Below are positions 1 to 13,605 of a DNA stretch of 64,000 nt, one piece after another. The stretch is from Felis catus (lineage: Eukaryota). The notes below the pieces were generated by a model that was not told where the DNA came from, made no database searches, and saw nothing but the letters and a program-made list of their open reading frames with translations. The position numbers and the translations under genes were made by a program. Every line of letters starts with the position of its first letter. The first letter of the stretch is position 1. The stretch covers positions 107,572,001-107,636,000 of the forward strand of contig NC_058368.1 of assembly GCF_018350175.1 (NCBI RefSeq). The letters are read 5' to 3'.

Positions 1-549
1 AAAAAAATAACGCATGTGGTTTCTAAAAATAAGATAGGAAATAAGATTCTTGAACACATAAATAATGCTTTCTCATAATGAAACACATTCTTCAAGGACA
101 TTTTCTGCCCTTTTCTTCTCTTTGTGCTCTTTCTAGGCAGTGCCATTCAGCTTCACACTTCAACTCTCACTTTGCAATGGGTGAATTAAACTTCCTATCC
201 AGGCCCTGACCTCTAGACCTAAAACTGCCATCTCCGTCCTGCCTGAAATCAACGTTGTGAATTTCTGCAGTATTCTTTTACAAGACAATCAGTTGGCATC
301 ACTATTCTGTTTAAAAAATTAAACCTGTAACAAGTCATTATGCACTCTCCATTTTACTAGTTGAGGTTTTTTGAATTTTGCTCTCAGGCTGTCTTTTAAA
401 ACCTGTTTTTACCACTACCTTTCACATTTGCTATATTCCACACGGTCTCATCTTGCCATTTGTCACAGACAAATGTCGTTTCTCTTTCTGTGCCTGATCG
501 CCTTTACTCCCTAGGGCAACCATAGAGATTTGTCATTCAGTCTCTTTAA

Positions 550-945
550 GAGAAACTGCTACAGAGAGCAGAGTTAACTGAAAAGCTGCAGGAGCCAGCC
601 CTGTAACTGCTGAGGCCACATTTCCCTGGGCTACTCCCAGCCAGTGACTGATCACAGCACATAAGGAGTACTGGCTTCTTCCTGCCCTACGCAGTATTTC
701 TCAGTCTACTTTTTGGTCAGGAGCCCCTCTCCTGCCTGAGACTTTCTCAAAAGTGTGCTGTCATCTGAAGCTCTGATTACTTAATCCTCCTTCCCTCTAA
801 CCTTTCAAAAGGGGCAAGATTGCAACACAATCTCAGGCCCTCCCTGTCTACTCTTGCATTTTCACTCTTTATTCTTCGTTAGTATTCCCCCCAATAAATC
901 TCTAGCATGCGTAGACCCATATTGGTGTCTACTTCTCAAAAGAGC
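550..945 (+). mobile_element. ERVL solo LTR, LTR16-like
   Basis: 3' end CCCCCCAATAAATCTCTAGCATGCGTAGACCCATATTGGTGTCTACTTCTC resembles the LTR16 terminus. Confidence 0.7.
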
Positions 946-1735
946 TTCTCATCCTTCAAGATCAAATTCAAATGCCATTCATCAACACTTTTCCAGTTAA
1001 CTGAAACTCTTTCTTCCTCTCATGTCTCATATTCTTTCATTTCTCTTTTCATGGTATTTTGCACCTTTTAAAATTTATGAATAAGACATGTTTAACGGTA
1101 AGATGAAATAAGTCATTGTTTGCAGTCACCTAAAGGCAGCTATTCCTATCAGAGGAAGAGGGTGAACACATAGGCCAAGCTTGAGAAAGAGGTTTGGTAA
1201 CCTTAGCTTGAAAAAACGTGGGTAGGCATAAAACCAATTGGAATATTATAACCATTCATTCACATTTGACATTGTCTTGTATGATATATAAAGGTATGAT
1301 TACTTTAAAAATATTTTAATTTGCTCTTCAAGGAAAATTGACATTCCAAGGATCAGTAACAAATCAATCCTGTGTATTCTCATTCTCTTCACACACGGCA
1401 GTATGTATGCTCTACCTTGGGATGGATGATATAGGACTATAATCTTTTTAGATACCCAGATTCACATGAGGGTCTTTTCCCTTTGTTTCTTTATCTTTCT
1501 TCCCTTTTTTCTCCTCTCTCTTTGTTACCACATTCTATCCCTCTCTCCTTGTCTACTTTTCTTTCTCCCATATTTATCTCTCACCCTTATCACTTGGAGA
1601 TAAAATGCAAAGTAGCATGTACAGAGCTCAAATAGAACCATGAAAATGTACTATTAGAGCACTATGAACAAGGAGATTATATCTGGAGAAGTAACTTCAG
1701 GGGATGAACTGCAAGCTATCTGAAAGAAAAAGTTA

Positions 1736-1945
1736 GGGGTGCCTGGATGGCTCAGTTGGTTAAGCCTCCCACCTCAGCTCAGGTCTGTGGTCTCATGGTT
1801 TGTGAGTTCAAACCCTGCATTGGGCTCTGCACTGCTGATACAGAGTCTGCTTGGGATTCTCTCTCTCCCTCTGCCTGTCTTCCCTTTCCCCACTTGCACT
1901 TTCTCTCTCTCTCAAAATAAATAAATAAACTTTAAAAAGAAAAAG
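1736..1945 (+). mobile_element. CanSINE (SINEC)
   Basis: GGGGTGCCTGGATGGCTCAG head, CT tract, AATAAA/A tail. Confidence 0.9.
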
Positions 1946-2999
1946 GCATAGGAAATTTCTAGGCAAAAGTAAATGTTTATACTGATAAAATTGACAAAAA
2001 GAACTTGTAATTTGCTAGTACTGGTGAAATGTATTTCATTTAAATACATTGTATTGAAATGTATTTGGAATTTAAGTTGCAAAGAATAGGAGACAAATCT
2101 TTTATGTCATAATAATGCATCAGAAAATTTTTCCTGAGTCAGTAGTCAACTGATGAAGATTTTGTTGTTGTTTCTGTTGTGGGTTTTTTGTATTTTGTTT
2201 TGTTTATGTTGGGATCTAAATAATCAGATTTGGATTTGAGCAAAATAACTCTGATGGTGTTGTAAGGGTAAACTTGAGGAAAGGGGCTGAGTAATGCCTA
2301 CCATAATGTCCTTAGGGTGCCAGTACATGTTTGTGGGCTAGAGACTGTATATATACATGAATGGATATATAGTCAATTCATTAAGGAAGTTATTGACACC
2401 CACTGAGAATCTTAGTTTGTAAAGAGAACTCTGCCATTCAAATATTCCCAAATTATTGCCCAGTGTTTGGCTATTATCTAAAGTTGAAAATTAGTTCCTA
2501 AATTCAAGACAATTACTATGCCATATGAAAGATTGACATTCTTCATGGTTTATCAGTGGTTAAAGGAAGGTGGGAATCATGGAGTGTGAATCAAGTCAGA
2601 ACATTTTCATGGCTCAGTGTTTCATGTTAACCCACATGAGAAGATCTATTTATAATCAGGTCAGCCATGGCCTGCAAGGAACAAATCACAGAGACATTTG
2701 GAGGATTTCTTTATGTTACTTTTGGAATCTGAGGCCAAAGGACTGGCAGCATTAGTAAAGAATCCTCAAAGAAGCTTCCTACCATCCCAGCACAATTTCC
2801 TTCACCACTCATGTGCTCAAAACTGTTACGCATTTTAGAACACCTGGAGTTGCAGATAAGTATGTGACCTCAGGCCTGGGTGCCAAAGCCTGTCCATGAG
2901 ATGTGGGTGCTACCTTTTGGTGCCGAATTGGAAGCCACCCAGGAAGTATACGTCAACCTGCTTACTGAGTGGGTGCTTAGTAAACATATTTTTATTTGA

Positions 3000-3140
3000 A
3001 GATGAAATAATCCATTATTACTCCCATTTTATAGGCTTTGAAATTATAGCACAAAAAGGTTAAATAACTTGCCAGTTATCACAGAGCTAGAATGAGGTGG
3101 AGTAGGCAATAAAAAACTCAGTCTGACCAACTGCAAGGTC
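3000..3140. mobile_element. MIR remnant
   Basis: CCCATTTTATAG...AGGTTAAATAACTTGCC core. Confidence 0.55.
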
Positions 3141-3186
3141 CTTTCTTCTGTAGCATTCTCATAGTGTGATGAAAAGTGTGAATATC

Positions 3187-3621
3187 TTGACTGATGAATG
3201 GATAAAGAAGATGTGGTATATATATGCAATGGAATATTACTTGGCGATCATGGAAAATGAAATCTCGCCATTTGCAACAACATGGATGGAACTAGAGTGT
3301 ATTATATGCTAAGTCAGAGAAAGATAAATATCATATGATTTCACTCATATGATGAAACAAAACGGATGAACAGAGGGCATGGGAAGGAAAACTAAGATAA
3401 AAAGAAAGAGGGAAGCAAACCATAAGAGACTCTTAAATACAGCGAACTAACTGAGGGTTGCTGGAGGGGTGGAGGGCAGGGGGACAGACTAAACCGGTGA
3501 TGGGGAGGGCTCCTCTTGGGTGAGTACTGGGTGTTATAGGTAAGTGATGAATCACTAAATTCTACACCTGAAATCATTATTACACTGTATGTTAACTAAC
3601 TTGGATTTAAATAAAATTTTA
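3187..3621 (+). mobile_element. 5'-truncated carnivore L1 3' end with 15-bp TSD
   Basis: ORF2 C-terminus/3'UTR motifs (GATGAATGGATAAAGAAGATGTGG); TSD AAAAGTGTGAATATC at 3172-3186 and 3622-3636. Confidence 0.9.
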
Positions 3622-4505
3622 AAAAGTGTGAATATCAAACTCAGGAGTGAAAGGTACATACCTCTTGGCAGATAGGCTAAGACATCAAAGTGTGAGCTGT
3701 ATCTCAGGATCTAAAATATTAAACAAATTTAATAAAATCTATAACAATCCTTCTTACACTCATACTTTGTCTGTCATCCCACTCACACCAAATCACACAC
3801 ATATATTCTAGTAAGGACATGATTCAAAACACTTAATTTTAAATATGGTAACCTTATAAGAAAACCCTTTAGCTTATTCCAATACATAGCAAAACTTAGA
3901 GGAAAACATATGGAAATTTACCAAACTGCTTTAACATACCTGTTTTATGCAAAATAAAGAAAAATGTGCTTTGGTTTTAAAAAGCTTAATGACAGACTGA
4001 TGCTTTATAGGTCACAAGAAGGTAAATACTTCTTTAAGAGTTTTTTGAAGCTGAGAAAAGAGTCTGTTATTTAGAAACTCAAAAGAATATTACAAAGATA
4101 ACTTGCATGTTTACAAAGTAAAATTGAAGACTTTATTTTTTAAGAATGTCATTTTAATTAAGTCAAGATGTTTCAAGTACAACCCATAGTTCTGTACAAG
4201 CTTAGCAAAGGAAAATTAGGAATATAGCAATCAGTAAATGATTAATTGATGGTGAGTAAATAGTTTTATTGGTATCAGAGTTAACATCCTACTAACAATG
4301 TATTGAGAAGTCATGCTTGCTGTTTGCTTTTGTTTCCCACTGATAGTAGGCATAGTAAGTTTCATTCAGTGATTTGTTCAGCATATTTAAGTGCTTATCA
4401 TTTGCCAGACACTGATGTGGGCTGGTGCTGTGAGTAAAGCCCTGTAAACGAGAAAGCCATTATGGCTCACATTTTAGCAAAAGAGAAAGAAAAAATTTTA
4501 TTCCA

Positions 4506-4614
4506 GGAGGTGCCTGGGTGGCTCAGTTGGCTTAGGCCTCCATCTTCACCTCAGGTCATGATATCATGGTTCCTGAGTTCGAGCCCCACATCGGGCTCTC
4601 TGCTCTCAGCACAG
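4506..4614 (+). mobile_element. 3'-truncated (tailless) CanSINE
   Basis: SINE 5' half only, flanked by imperfect direct repeat AAAAATTTTATTCCA / AAGAATTTTATACCA. Confidence 0.8.
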
Positions 4615-4865
4615 AAAAGAATTTTATACCAAGATGATAGGTGGAGATAAGCGGTAAGGAGTAAGGAGGAGAGAGTGCCAGGAGAGGATACCATTTTATA
4701 TGAGACAAACAAGGCAGGCTTCTCTGACAAGGCAAAATTTGAAAAGAGGCCTGAAGCAGGTGAAGAAAAAGCCAGACATATATCAAGGGAAAATGTTTCA
4801 AGCAGAAAGAACAACAAGCACAAAAGTTCTGGGTCCTTAGTGAATTTAAGAAACAACAGGAAATT

Positions 4866-5083
4866 GGGGCACCTGGGTGGCTCAGTCAGTCAGTGTCTGA
4901 CTTTGGCTCAGGTCATGATCTCGCAGCTCATGAGTTCAAGCCCTGTGTTAGGCTGTGTGCTGACATCTCAGAGCCTGGAGACTGCTTCAGATTCTCTGAC
5001 TCTGTCTCTCTTTTCCTCTACCCCCGACTTGTGCTGTCTGTCTCTCTCAAAAATAAATAAGCGTTAAAAAAAAATTTTTTTTA
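4866..5083 (+). mobile_element. CanSINE
   Basis: Full-length; TSD-like AAGAAACAACA(A)GGAAAT. Confidence 0.92.
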
Positions 5084-6199
5084 AAGAAACAACAAGGAAA
5101 TCAAGTATGGTAGGCATGAAGTTAAAAAGGTAATGAAGCCAGATCCTCATAGGGCATGGCGGGAGCTTTGGTTTTTACTCTGAATTAGATGGGGAACCAA
5201 AAGAGGGCCTTGAGCAAAGAGTTCATAGATCTGAATTTTTCTGGAAGGTTTTCTGGCTACTGCTGCTTATAGAACAAATTATAGGGAAGCAGAGAGACTA
5301 GCAACCCACAATGTAGTTATAATGTCCTAGGCTAGCCTAAGAGTTAAGATGGTAAGAAATTTTTGGAATCTGGATATATTTTAAGGACAAGACTAATGAG
5401 ATTGGCTGTTAGGGATGTACAGCAGAAAGACAAGAATCCAGGATGGATGGAACTAAGTATTTTGGCCTGAGAAACTAGTTGAATGGAGTTACTATTTACT
5501 GACATGGAGAAGACCATGATATGAAGGTAGAAATGTCACTCTTCATTGTTGGACATTTTAAATTTAAGTGATAGATGTCCAAATGGAGATTTAATGAGAC
5601 AACTGGATACATGAGCCTGGAGTTCAGGGAAGTCCAGACTGGAAATATGAATTTGGAATTAATCAGCAAAAATTGTATTTAAAGCCAGCATATTGAATGA
5701 AATCGTAAAAGAAATAAATGTATTATATACTTCCTTATTTAAATTGATAATGTCTGGTTATCAGAAGTTTAGGCTATTTTATGTAAATTGATACTCTGGA
5801 TATTTATTTGAAGTTCTGAATGTTTAATAAGATACTCAGTAAGAATTACTTATTATAATTCAGCATTTTTACTTGTATGTTTCTGAATGAATTTTAAGCT
5901 TTTTTTGTCATGATAGATCTCAGTATCTTACATTCTCCCATAATGCTTAGCAAAATATTTGATAGGAGTTTCAGAAAGGTTTTAAACACATAAATTTTTG
6001 AATATCAACAAACCTAAATAAGAACTCGGATCATTTATTATGTTAGGCCTACAGTTTGGTGCTCTTGTTAAAATACAAATTTAAAAATATAATGTCGTTC
6101 ACACTGTAAGAGTTTCCTATTTCTTTTACTCCTTTATAGAGTACAGAAAAGTTAAGTTTGGTGGTAGAATTACAGCTGTTGCTGTTGTTGGGATATTGA

Positions 6200-6430
6200 G
6201 CCACTGTTGTTGCGACCACAGTTGTAGTAATTCATTGAACATTTAGTACATGTTATTTGACATATATCATTTCTAATTTTTACAATAATTTTACAGTAAG
6301 AGTTGTATTATGCCCACTTTACCATTTTAAATTTGAAGACTAAGAATAAAAGAAGGTGAATTATGTGTGAAGAGTTATAGGCTAACACATTGCAGAGTCT
6401 GGATTCAAACCCAGATCTTACTGGCTTGAG
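6200..6430. mobile_element. MIR remnant
   Basis: GGATTCAAACCCAGATCT core motif. Confidence 0.5.
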
Positions 6431-6498
6431 AGAAAAGAATTTTATTTTTATTTTACCATCGCCTTGATCTAAGCAGTCTACATATAAAACATACACTA

Positions 6499-6503
<5 letters not shown>

Positions 6504-6545
<42 letters not shown>

Positions 6546-6590
6546 CGAGAGAGAGAGAGAGAGACAGAGACAGAGAGAGACAGAGAGACT
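6504..6590. repeat. Compound (TG)n/(AG)n/(GACAGA)n microsatellite
   Basis: Seen directly. Confidence 0.95.
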
Positions 6591-6839
6591 GTTATATAAT
6601 AGAAAAGACATTGATTTTGAGGAAATTTGAGATAGGAAAAGAAAAAAAAAAGAAACTCAACCTTACAGAACATAGAGAACATTATCTTTATCCTTGGCAG
6701 CGTAACAGTAGCAAATGGGAAGAATTTTCTCTTTGTTCCCTAAGATTTCATAGATATGCTTCAAATTTATAATAGCCAGGTTTAGAAAGTCATCATGTTT
6801 GCTCTTATGGCTTACATTGCAGATATTGATTTAACATTT

Positions 6840-8250
6840 GCCATGCACCTAGTATGTACTACCTTCAGTGCTGGAAGCTGAAATCACAAAGATAAATAAT
6901 TCGTGGTCTCTTCTTGCAAGGAGATTCCACTTTAATAGAGGGAGACAAATGAATAACAAAAATTATAGTAAACTGTGATAAATGTTTATGTAGGAGGCAT
7001 ACACAGTTACTATATTACATCGTGGAGGGAACTGACACACTTCCTTGAGAATGTGATACCTGAACTGAATCTTGAAGGCAGGAGAATGTTAGCCAGGCCC
7101 AGAAGTACTCCTGGCACAGGGATGGCGTAAGCAAATATCTGCTCACGGAACTGTAAGCATCTTACTTTGACTAGACACGACATCAGAGGGTAGGGGTAGG
7201 GGCAGGTGGGTGGGGAGGAAGTGAGCTGATGAGTATTCAGGAAAGGTACTAGACAGGTAAATAGATGAGATTGTTCAAGTCTGGATGATTTATACTGAGG
7301 AATTTGGACTTTGGCCTTGAAGGATATCTAGCTTGAGAGTGACATGACAGGATTCGTAATTTAGGAAGCTACCTGGCTGAAGTATGTGCAATTCACCAAA
7401 GAAAGGACAAGGCCATTCATCAACAGAAAAACAGATTAGAGGGGTGCCTGGCTGGCTTAGTCGGTAGACCGTGTGACTCTTGATCTCAGAGTCGTGAGTT
7501 CAAGCCACGTGTGGGGTGTAGAGACTACTTAAAAATAAAGTCTTAAAAAAAAAAAAAGAAACTTGACATTATTTAGAAAAAAAAAAAAGTAACTCCAGGG
7601 AGCAACGATGATGGTATGCAGCAAAGAAGATGGAGACCTACAAAGCTTAGAAAGTTCAGAACTGATCAAAACTGTTGACTGGATGGGTATGAGAAAAAAG
7701 ATAAGCCCTAATTTCCAGGCTTCGGGGAAAGGAGGTGCCATGCTCTGAAAAGGCAAGTCAGGAAAAAGAGCCATTTGGAACATGAATAGTGATGAGTTAC
7801 TTTTATGTGTTGATATTGAAGAACACATGAGTTTGGTTGTATAGAGCCAGTAGCAATTGTATCTGTAAGTCTGAAGCTCAGCAGAGCAATACGGGCTAGC
7901 GTTACAAACTTAAGAGTCACAAATATTGAGATGACAATTGAAACCATGAGAATAGATGTGATCATCTCCTAAGTACGATCTAAGATCACCATCTCTAAAA
8001 AGAGGAGAAAAGACGAGCAAAGAAGGGAGGGAAGAGAAAAGAAAGGCAGTAAAAGAGAAGGCAAGAAAAGGCAAGGCAGAAGAAGAGGGTTGGGAAATCC
8101 CCACACTGAAGTAGCTTGTTAGATTCCCAAGAAGGAGTTTTTAGAAGGATATATTTGAAAACTAAAAGGAAAGTGAGAGAGAGTGGTGTCAGTGAAGAAA
8201 AGTGGAAATAATTTCAAAAAGGTTAACAAGAAGGTTAAAAATGTATCACG
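6840..8250. mobile_element. L2 remnant
   Basis: Degenerate purine-rich L2-like motifs. Confidence 0.5.
7441..7560 (+). mobile_element. Short CanSINE lacking the CT tract (tRNA-Lys-like)
   Basis: GGGGTGCCTGGCTGGCTTAGTCGGTAGA...GAGTTCAAGCC...TACTTAAAAATAAA followed by poly(A). Confidence 0.85.
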
Positions 8251-8636
8251 GATCTATCAGCTAGTTCCTCAATCTCAGGCTACGTGATCCCATCCTTGAG
8301 AACTCATGGTATGTGAAATGAATTCTCTAACAAATTATAAATACAGTAAAACTTAAATAAATTTAAATAAAATGCAAAAAATCCTGGGGAGGATAGCAAG
8401 TAGAGGATCCCTGCCTACGAAGATAGTTTTGGCTGAATTCAGTAAACCTCCGAAACAATTTGAAAATCATGAATTTAAGTTTTCAAAGTAGTTTGTATTT
8501 AGTAGAGCACTGAGGCTACTAGCTCACGTCTGGCAGTTTCCACTTCTAAGTAGAACATGTTTCCATCCTGACATTTCTCGTTGCTCTTAGGTTGACAGAA
8601 TTTTAAACCTCGATGTTTTTGCTTAGAAATATCCTA

Positions 8637-8852
8637 GGGGAGCCTGGATAGCTGAGTTGGTTAAGCGTCCAACTCCAGATCAAGTCATGATCTCATAGTT
8701 CGTGGGTTCGAGCCCTGTGTCTGGTTCTGTGCTGACAGCTCAGAGCCTGGAGCTTGCTTTGGATTCGGGGTGTGTCTCCCTCTCTCTCTCCCCTCTCCCT
8801 GCTTGTGCTTTGTCTCTCTCTCTCAAAAATAAGTAAACAGTAAAAAAAAAAA
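8637..8852 (+). mobile_element. CanSINE
   Basis: Full-length with CT tract and A tail. Confidence 0.92.
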
Positions 8853-9003
8853 TCCTAAAATTTAGACAACATTCTTATGTCAGAAATGGACTGACAGAGG
8901 AACATACAGTTAAAAAGGCCCAAGTTTTTAAAAACACCTTAACTTCTCTTGTTTCATCTCATGTTTTCAAAGACCTTTACAAATGCTTTCTCTTTCTCAG
9001 TGC

Positions 9004-9104
9004 TAGGGTGACCAACTGTCCCAGGCTGTCCAAAATTACCACTGAAAGTCATTATCTTGGATGACCACTCAACCCCAAGCAGACCAGGAAAGTCAGTTAC
9101 CCTA
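9004..9104. mobile_element. Short hAT MITE, MER96-like
   Basis: Terminal inverted repeats TAGGGTGAC...GTTACCCTA; start TAGGGTGACCAACTGTCCC. Confidence 0.6.
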
Positions 9105-10062
9105 GCAGGGTGCTGATAAAGTGTACCATAGCAGAAAATAATGGGCCTGAAAGGTAAAAAATCTGCATTGACCATTCAGTTGAATGAGTAGAAAATTAAC
9201 ACCAAAAAGTAATCCTTGATAACACAAACCAAAATAAAATCAAATGAGTGAAAAAAACATGATTTCAAAATAAAATGGTGAGAAGCAATCAAGCTACTGT
9301 TAATTATACCAGGTGTTGGTGCAAGAAGAAGTGAGAAAAATAGAGTTGTTGTTTTCCTGTATTGGCAAAATAACAAATTAGAGGCAGGGTCCAACATGGT
9401 GTTTAGACTCATCTTTCATTGGCATCATACACTATGAATTTGTTACTCATTTCCAGTTGTCGGTGTATCTTAAATGACCATTTTAATTCTTCTATCAAAT
9501 GGCTATTTAATCTTTATAATTTCCTTCAAATCTGTCAAGTGCTTCACATTGTTGTTATTTTTTCCTGTTTTCTACTTTTATCTAGGTGGGAGATCAGAAG
9601 ACAAATAGTGATATGACCTTCCTCAGGTCACCAAGGACATGGTCCCTGAGATGATGATATGGCAAAATAATTAAAGCTAAATAGAAACAGCTCTCTTTCC
9701 CATGAGGCTATAGATACTACAGTGGAGACTACAATGTTTCCATTATCATTGTGAACACATAGATCTTTTCCAATTATTCATAACATCTCAAGACCTGCCT
9801 ATAAATCTCAAACTAGCATTATTAGCAACTAAATAATTTTTATTAAGAGATACTCAGAATTTTCAATGAGTAGAAAATACCTTCTCAGTCATTAGATATC
9901 AATAATTACTTCTGATTCCCTTTAAACATATGGGATGACTCATAATTCCATGGTTCCTTAGCCCACTTGAATGAGTACCTTTCCTTGTTAAATTTTAGAC
10001 TGCCAAATATATATGACAAAGTACAGACACTTTTTTTTTCATTCCTGTGGATAAAGAGTTTT

Positions 10063-10895
10063 GGGGGGCGCCTCAGTGTTTCAGGGGACTAAGCGTCCAA
10101 CTCTTGATTTCAGCTCAGGTCATAATGTTGCAGGATTTTTTTTTACCTCAATACCTGGGGTTCGTTGTCTCGCCGCTTCCAAAAATGAACAGGTGGACAC
10201 AAAATGAGGAGCAGGCAAGTTTATTAGAGTGTAATGTCAGAATAGTATGAAGACTCTCCTTACAGAGAGGGCACATTCAAAAGTAAATCTCCCCCTACCC
10301 TTCCTCCACCCCCCCCCAACTATAGTCAAGGGTCTTTGTTTTATAAGGTTCTGGTCGCCCCCTCTTCTGTTCCCCCATGTTCCTTCTCAGGTTTTACCCT
10401 TATTGGCTGGATGACTCTAGGAGCTAGGTTGTCCATTCCTGATTAGCTCATTTCCCTTGTATGAGGGTAGTCTATGGCCATACGTTTCTTGTGGGTCATA
10501 CACACGATTTATGCTCTATTTTTAGTCAAGTCTTTTGTCAAATTCTTGAGGGAAACCTGAGGGGGAGTAAGTGGCATCTGTTACATTCTTAAGAAGAACC
10601 TTACCCCTGAGGGGGTTTGACACGTTCACACATTCCCAGAATTGTTCCAAAATATGTGTTTTCCCCCACACAGGGACTTTAGGTCATAATGTTTCCCTGT
10701 CTGCCTATTTTATCCTATCTTTTCCCTATCAGTAATCTTATGGTTTGTGGGTTTGTGAGTTCTAAGTCCAGCTTTAAGCTGTCTGCTGACAGCGTGGAGC
10801 CTGCTTGGGATTCTGTCTTTTCCTCTCTCTGCCTCTCCTCCGCTTTATCTCTGTCTCGCTCTCAAAATAAATAAAAATAAACTTAAAAAAACAAC
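10063..10895 (+). mobile_element. CanSINE split in two (10063-10125 and 10732-10895) by an LTR insertion
   Basis: SINE sequence stops at GGTCATAA and resumes GTAATCTTATGGTTTGTGG. Confidence 0.88.
10126..10731 (-). mobile_element. Solo ERV LTR (606 bp), probably ERV1 class
   Basis: TG...CA termini; 4-bp near-TSD ATAA/GTAA; minus-strand CCAAT (10406-10402), TATAAAA (10345-10339) and AATAAA (10225-10220) in the expected order. Confidence 0.85.
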
Positions 10896-11619
10896 AATAA
10901 CAATTTTTTTTTTTCAAAAATAATCCTTTCTAAGTGTTCATCCCTGGAACAAGACCATGGTTTGAGATTCGTTGTCTCCTAAGTTTGAGAGCCCAAATAA
11001 TATGCTTACAAATAGCTTTTCTTCAGCAGCTTGAATTGTAGCACAAACTTAATTTATCTCCCTTATGTTTAAATTTCTAGAATCAGCATCCAAAATTTGG
11101 TTTCCTGTTAATACAGCTAATTAGGCAAAATGCATACCCAAGCTATAGAACAAAAACCATTAAAGGTCAAATTGCATTTCATTTCAAGTTCTCCCAAATA
11201 AACTAAAATGTCATTATTTTCAGTTCCATCTTCCCTGTCTCAAATCTGAGCTATTTAAATTTCACTTAGTTAGGTTTTAATTTATAGTTTTTGCTCTATA
11301 ATCTTCATTCCTCATTTACATGTTAGCTTGGTTGCAGAGAAGTGACTAAATAATAGCAATTGTAATATTTGGAACAATGGTTTCAAAGGTAATTTGCATG
11401 TACTAATTTACTCACCATGTAGCGGACACTTGGAATATACAGGTGAATAAAGATAGCAAAATCTTTATTCTTACTTTGACATTCTCATGCATTCAAAGGT
11501 GGGGGGAGGTAAACAATAAAAAGCAAGTAAATGAATAGTACAGATAACAGATAAGTAATCTGAAGAAAATAAATGTCAATCTGCTATAGAACAGCAGTCA
11601 CAACTAAAGCACAGACGAA

Positions 11620-12500
11620 AAAACAGAAAGCTTGTTTCTAGGATAAACAAATTCTAAACTGAGTTGAAAAAATACATAAAACCTAATTGAGAAATGGCAC
11701 AGGATATGAGTAGGCAATTCACAGAACAGGAAGTTACTATTGTATATAAAAGACTGTTAGGAATTTTTCAATTCTGATAAAACAATGGCAAAGATGTGAA
11801 GAAACATGAAATGTATACATTGCTGGTGATTAGCTTAACTATTTTCAACTTATTGGTGTATCTTTTAAATTTGAATATTTATTTTTTTTTACATCCTAGC
11901 AAATCCACCAGTCGGTGTGTGCCCTAGGAAATTCTAGCATAAGGGCACAGGAAACAAGCACTTTTTTGTTCTTTGCAACATTGTTTGCAGCAGTGAAAAT
12001 TATAAACAAGCTAATTATCAAATGGGAGTGAATAAATCTTTCTTATAAGATAACATATTAGTTTAAATCAGTGGTTCCCACCCAGGGATGATTTTGCCCT
12101 CTGGGGGATATTTGGCAGTGTCTAGTGATATTTTTGGTTGTTATAACTGTAGATGAAAGTTTCTGCATTGTTGTGGTTACCACTAAGGGTGAGCATCTTT
12201 TCAGTGCATAGAGAAGCCAGGTATGCTGCTAAACATCCTAATGTGTAGGACAGCCTCCACAACAAAGAATTATAGCACCAAAATGTCAATAATGCTGAGG
12301 CTGAGAAACTCTGACTCAAACGATTAAAGTACGTTTATATGTACCAACATGAGTGTATCACAAAAGCATAATATTAAGCACAAGAGACTATTGGAGAAAA
12401 TATAGATCATATTATATATAAATTGTAAAAAAAAACCCAGACATTACTATATATCATTTATAATCATATATATTTGTTGTAACTTTTAAAAAATGTTTAT
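11620..12500 (+). mobile_element. Old L1 (L1M) 3' remnant interrupted by MER20
   Basis: Degenerate ORF2/3'UTR motifs (AAATGGCACAGGATATGAGTAGGCAATTCACAG). Confidence 0.6.
12069..12313 (+). mobile_element. MER20 (hAT-Charlie)
   Basis: CAGTGGTTCCCACCCAGGGATGATTTTGCCC...AATGTCAATAATGCTGAGGCTGAGAAACTCTG. Confidence 0.88.
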
Positions 12501-13605
12501 AGAAATGGTACACATTGACATTAGCAGTGCTTACTGAGGAAGGTATAAGAGTAAAAGAATGTTAGTGTTATTTAGCTACTTATTTCTTTAAAAAAAATAA
12601 CGTGTCTATAGCACATACAACAAAATACTCATTTTTGGTAAGTCATTGGAACATTTTTTCTAAAATTATATCTTTCCTGGTTTTGAATCCTTATAATAAT
12701 ACTTTTGTTGTTAAAATAAAAACCCAGTCATTGAATTCATGAATTACCTGAAAAAAAAAATTAAAAAGTACAAGGGAAAGAAATGATTAAAGCAGAATAA
12801 AAGAATCAGAAAAATTTTTTTTCAATACTCAGTGAAATCATTAAATAAAGTCAAGATCATCTTTTTAGAAATATGTGAATAAAATACAGTTTTGTTAAAC
12901 TTAACCAAGAAAAAAGGAAAGAAGATGTATCAGTACTAGTTGTAAAAGGGGAATGTGATACCAAGATTGTATAGGGAGATTTTGGAACACCTACAACAAA
13001 AATAAAAGGGCAAAGAATATGAATATCTAATAAAAGAGAAAATAAGTTTGGTATAATGTTAGCTCATTGATGGATCAAAAATAATGTTAAGCCATAACAT
13101 GCATTTAATAAATAATTGAAAAGTGTATATCAAGGATTTAAATATTATATAGTCATTAAAATAATGTTACAGTGGCTAAGCAGTTAAATATTATATAACT
13201 ATTAAAAATGATGTAACAATGGACAATTTTTTTAATACAGGGGAAATAAAATATTAAAAAATAAAAAATAACTAATACAGCATAATCTTAAGTATTTAAA
13301 ATAATTGTATACAAAAAATTAAAAAGCAAATATGCCTAAGTGCCAATCAGATATGCCTGTAATCGATAGAACCATGAGTAGTTTTTTCCCCTCTGCTTCT
13401 TTATAAGTTTTTGTACTTTGGATATTTTACAATACTGGCAAAAGTGTTTTAAGCTGTATTATCAGCCCTGCCTATGCAACATGAAATGTTATTATTACTC
13501 TTACTTTTGTTAACAATATTTTTATTCTGAATTGTATAAAGTCACTAAACTAATTACAACAAGTTATTTAGGGGAAAGACTTGTATGATTCAAACTCATG
13601 AAGTG

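Larger units (their letters stand above)
4370..5720. mobile_element. L2 remnant interrupted by two SINEs
   Basis: Degenerate L2-like motifs (GGATATATTTTAAGG, GAATGGAGTTACTATTTACTGA). Confidence 0.6.

Noticed and set aside
4675..5067. 130-aa ORF and other SINE-overlapping ORFs (26797-27195, 38358-38837, 48712-49050, 52904-53212, 61331-61642)
   Set aside because: They read through CanSINE sequence (recurring AQVMIS/SLEPASDS/CLKNK peptides); not genes
7441..7520. tRNA-Lys-like sequence as a tRNA gene
   Set aside because: Has the CanSINE 5' end and an A-rich tail; SINE rather than functional tRNA
10117..10693. Identical 13-mer AGGTCATAATGTT at 10117 and 10681 as a possible TSD
   Set aside because: The SINE resumes only after 10731 and TG...CA termini with a 4-bp TSD fit better; likely coincidental
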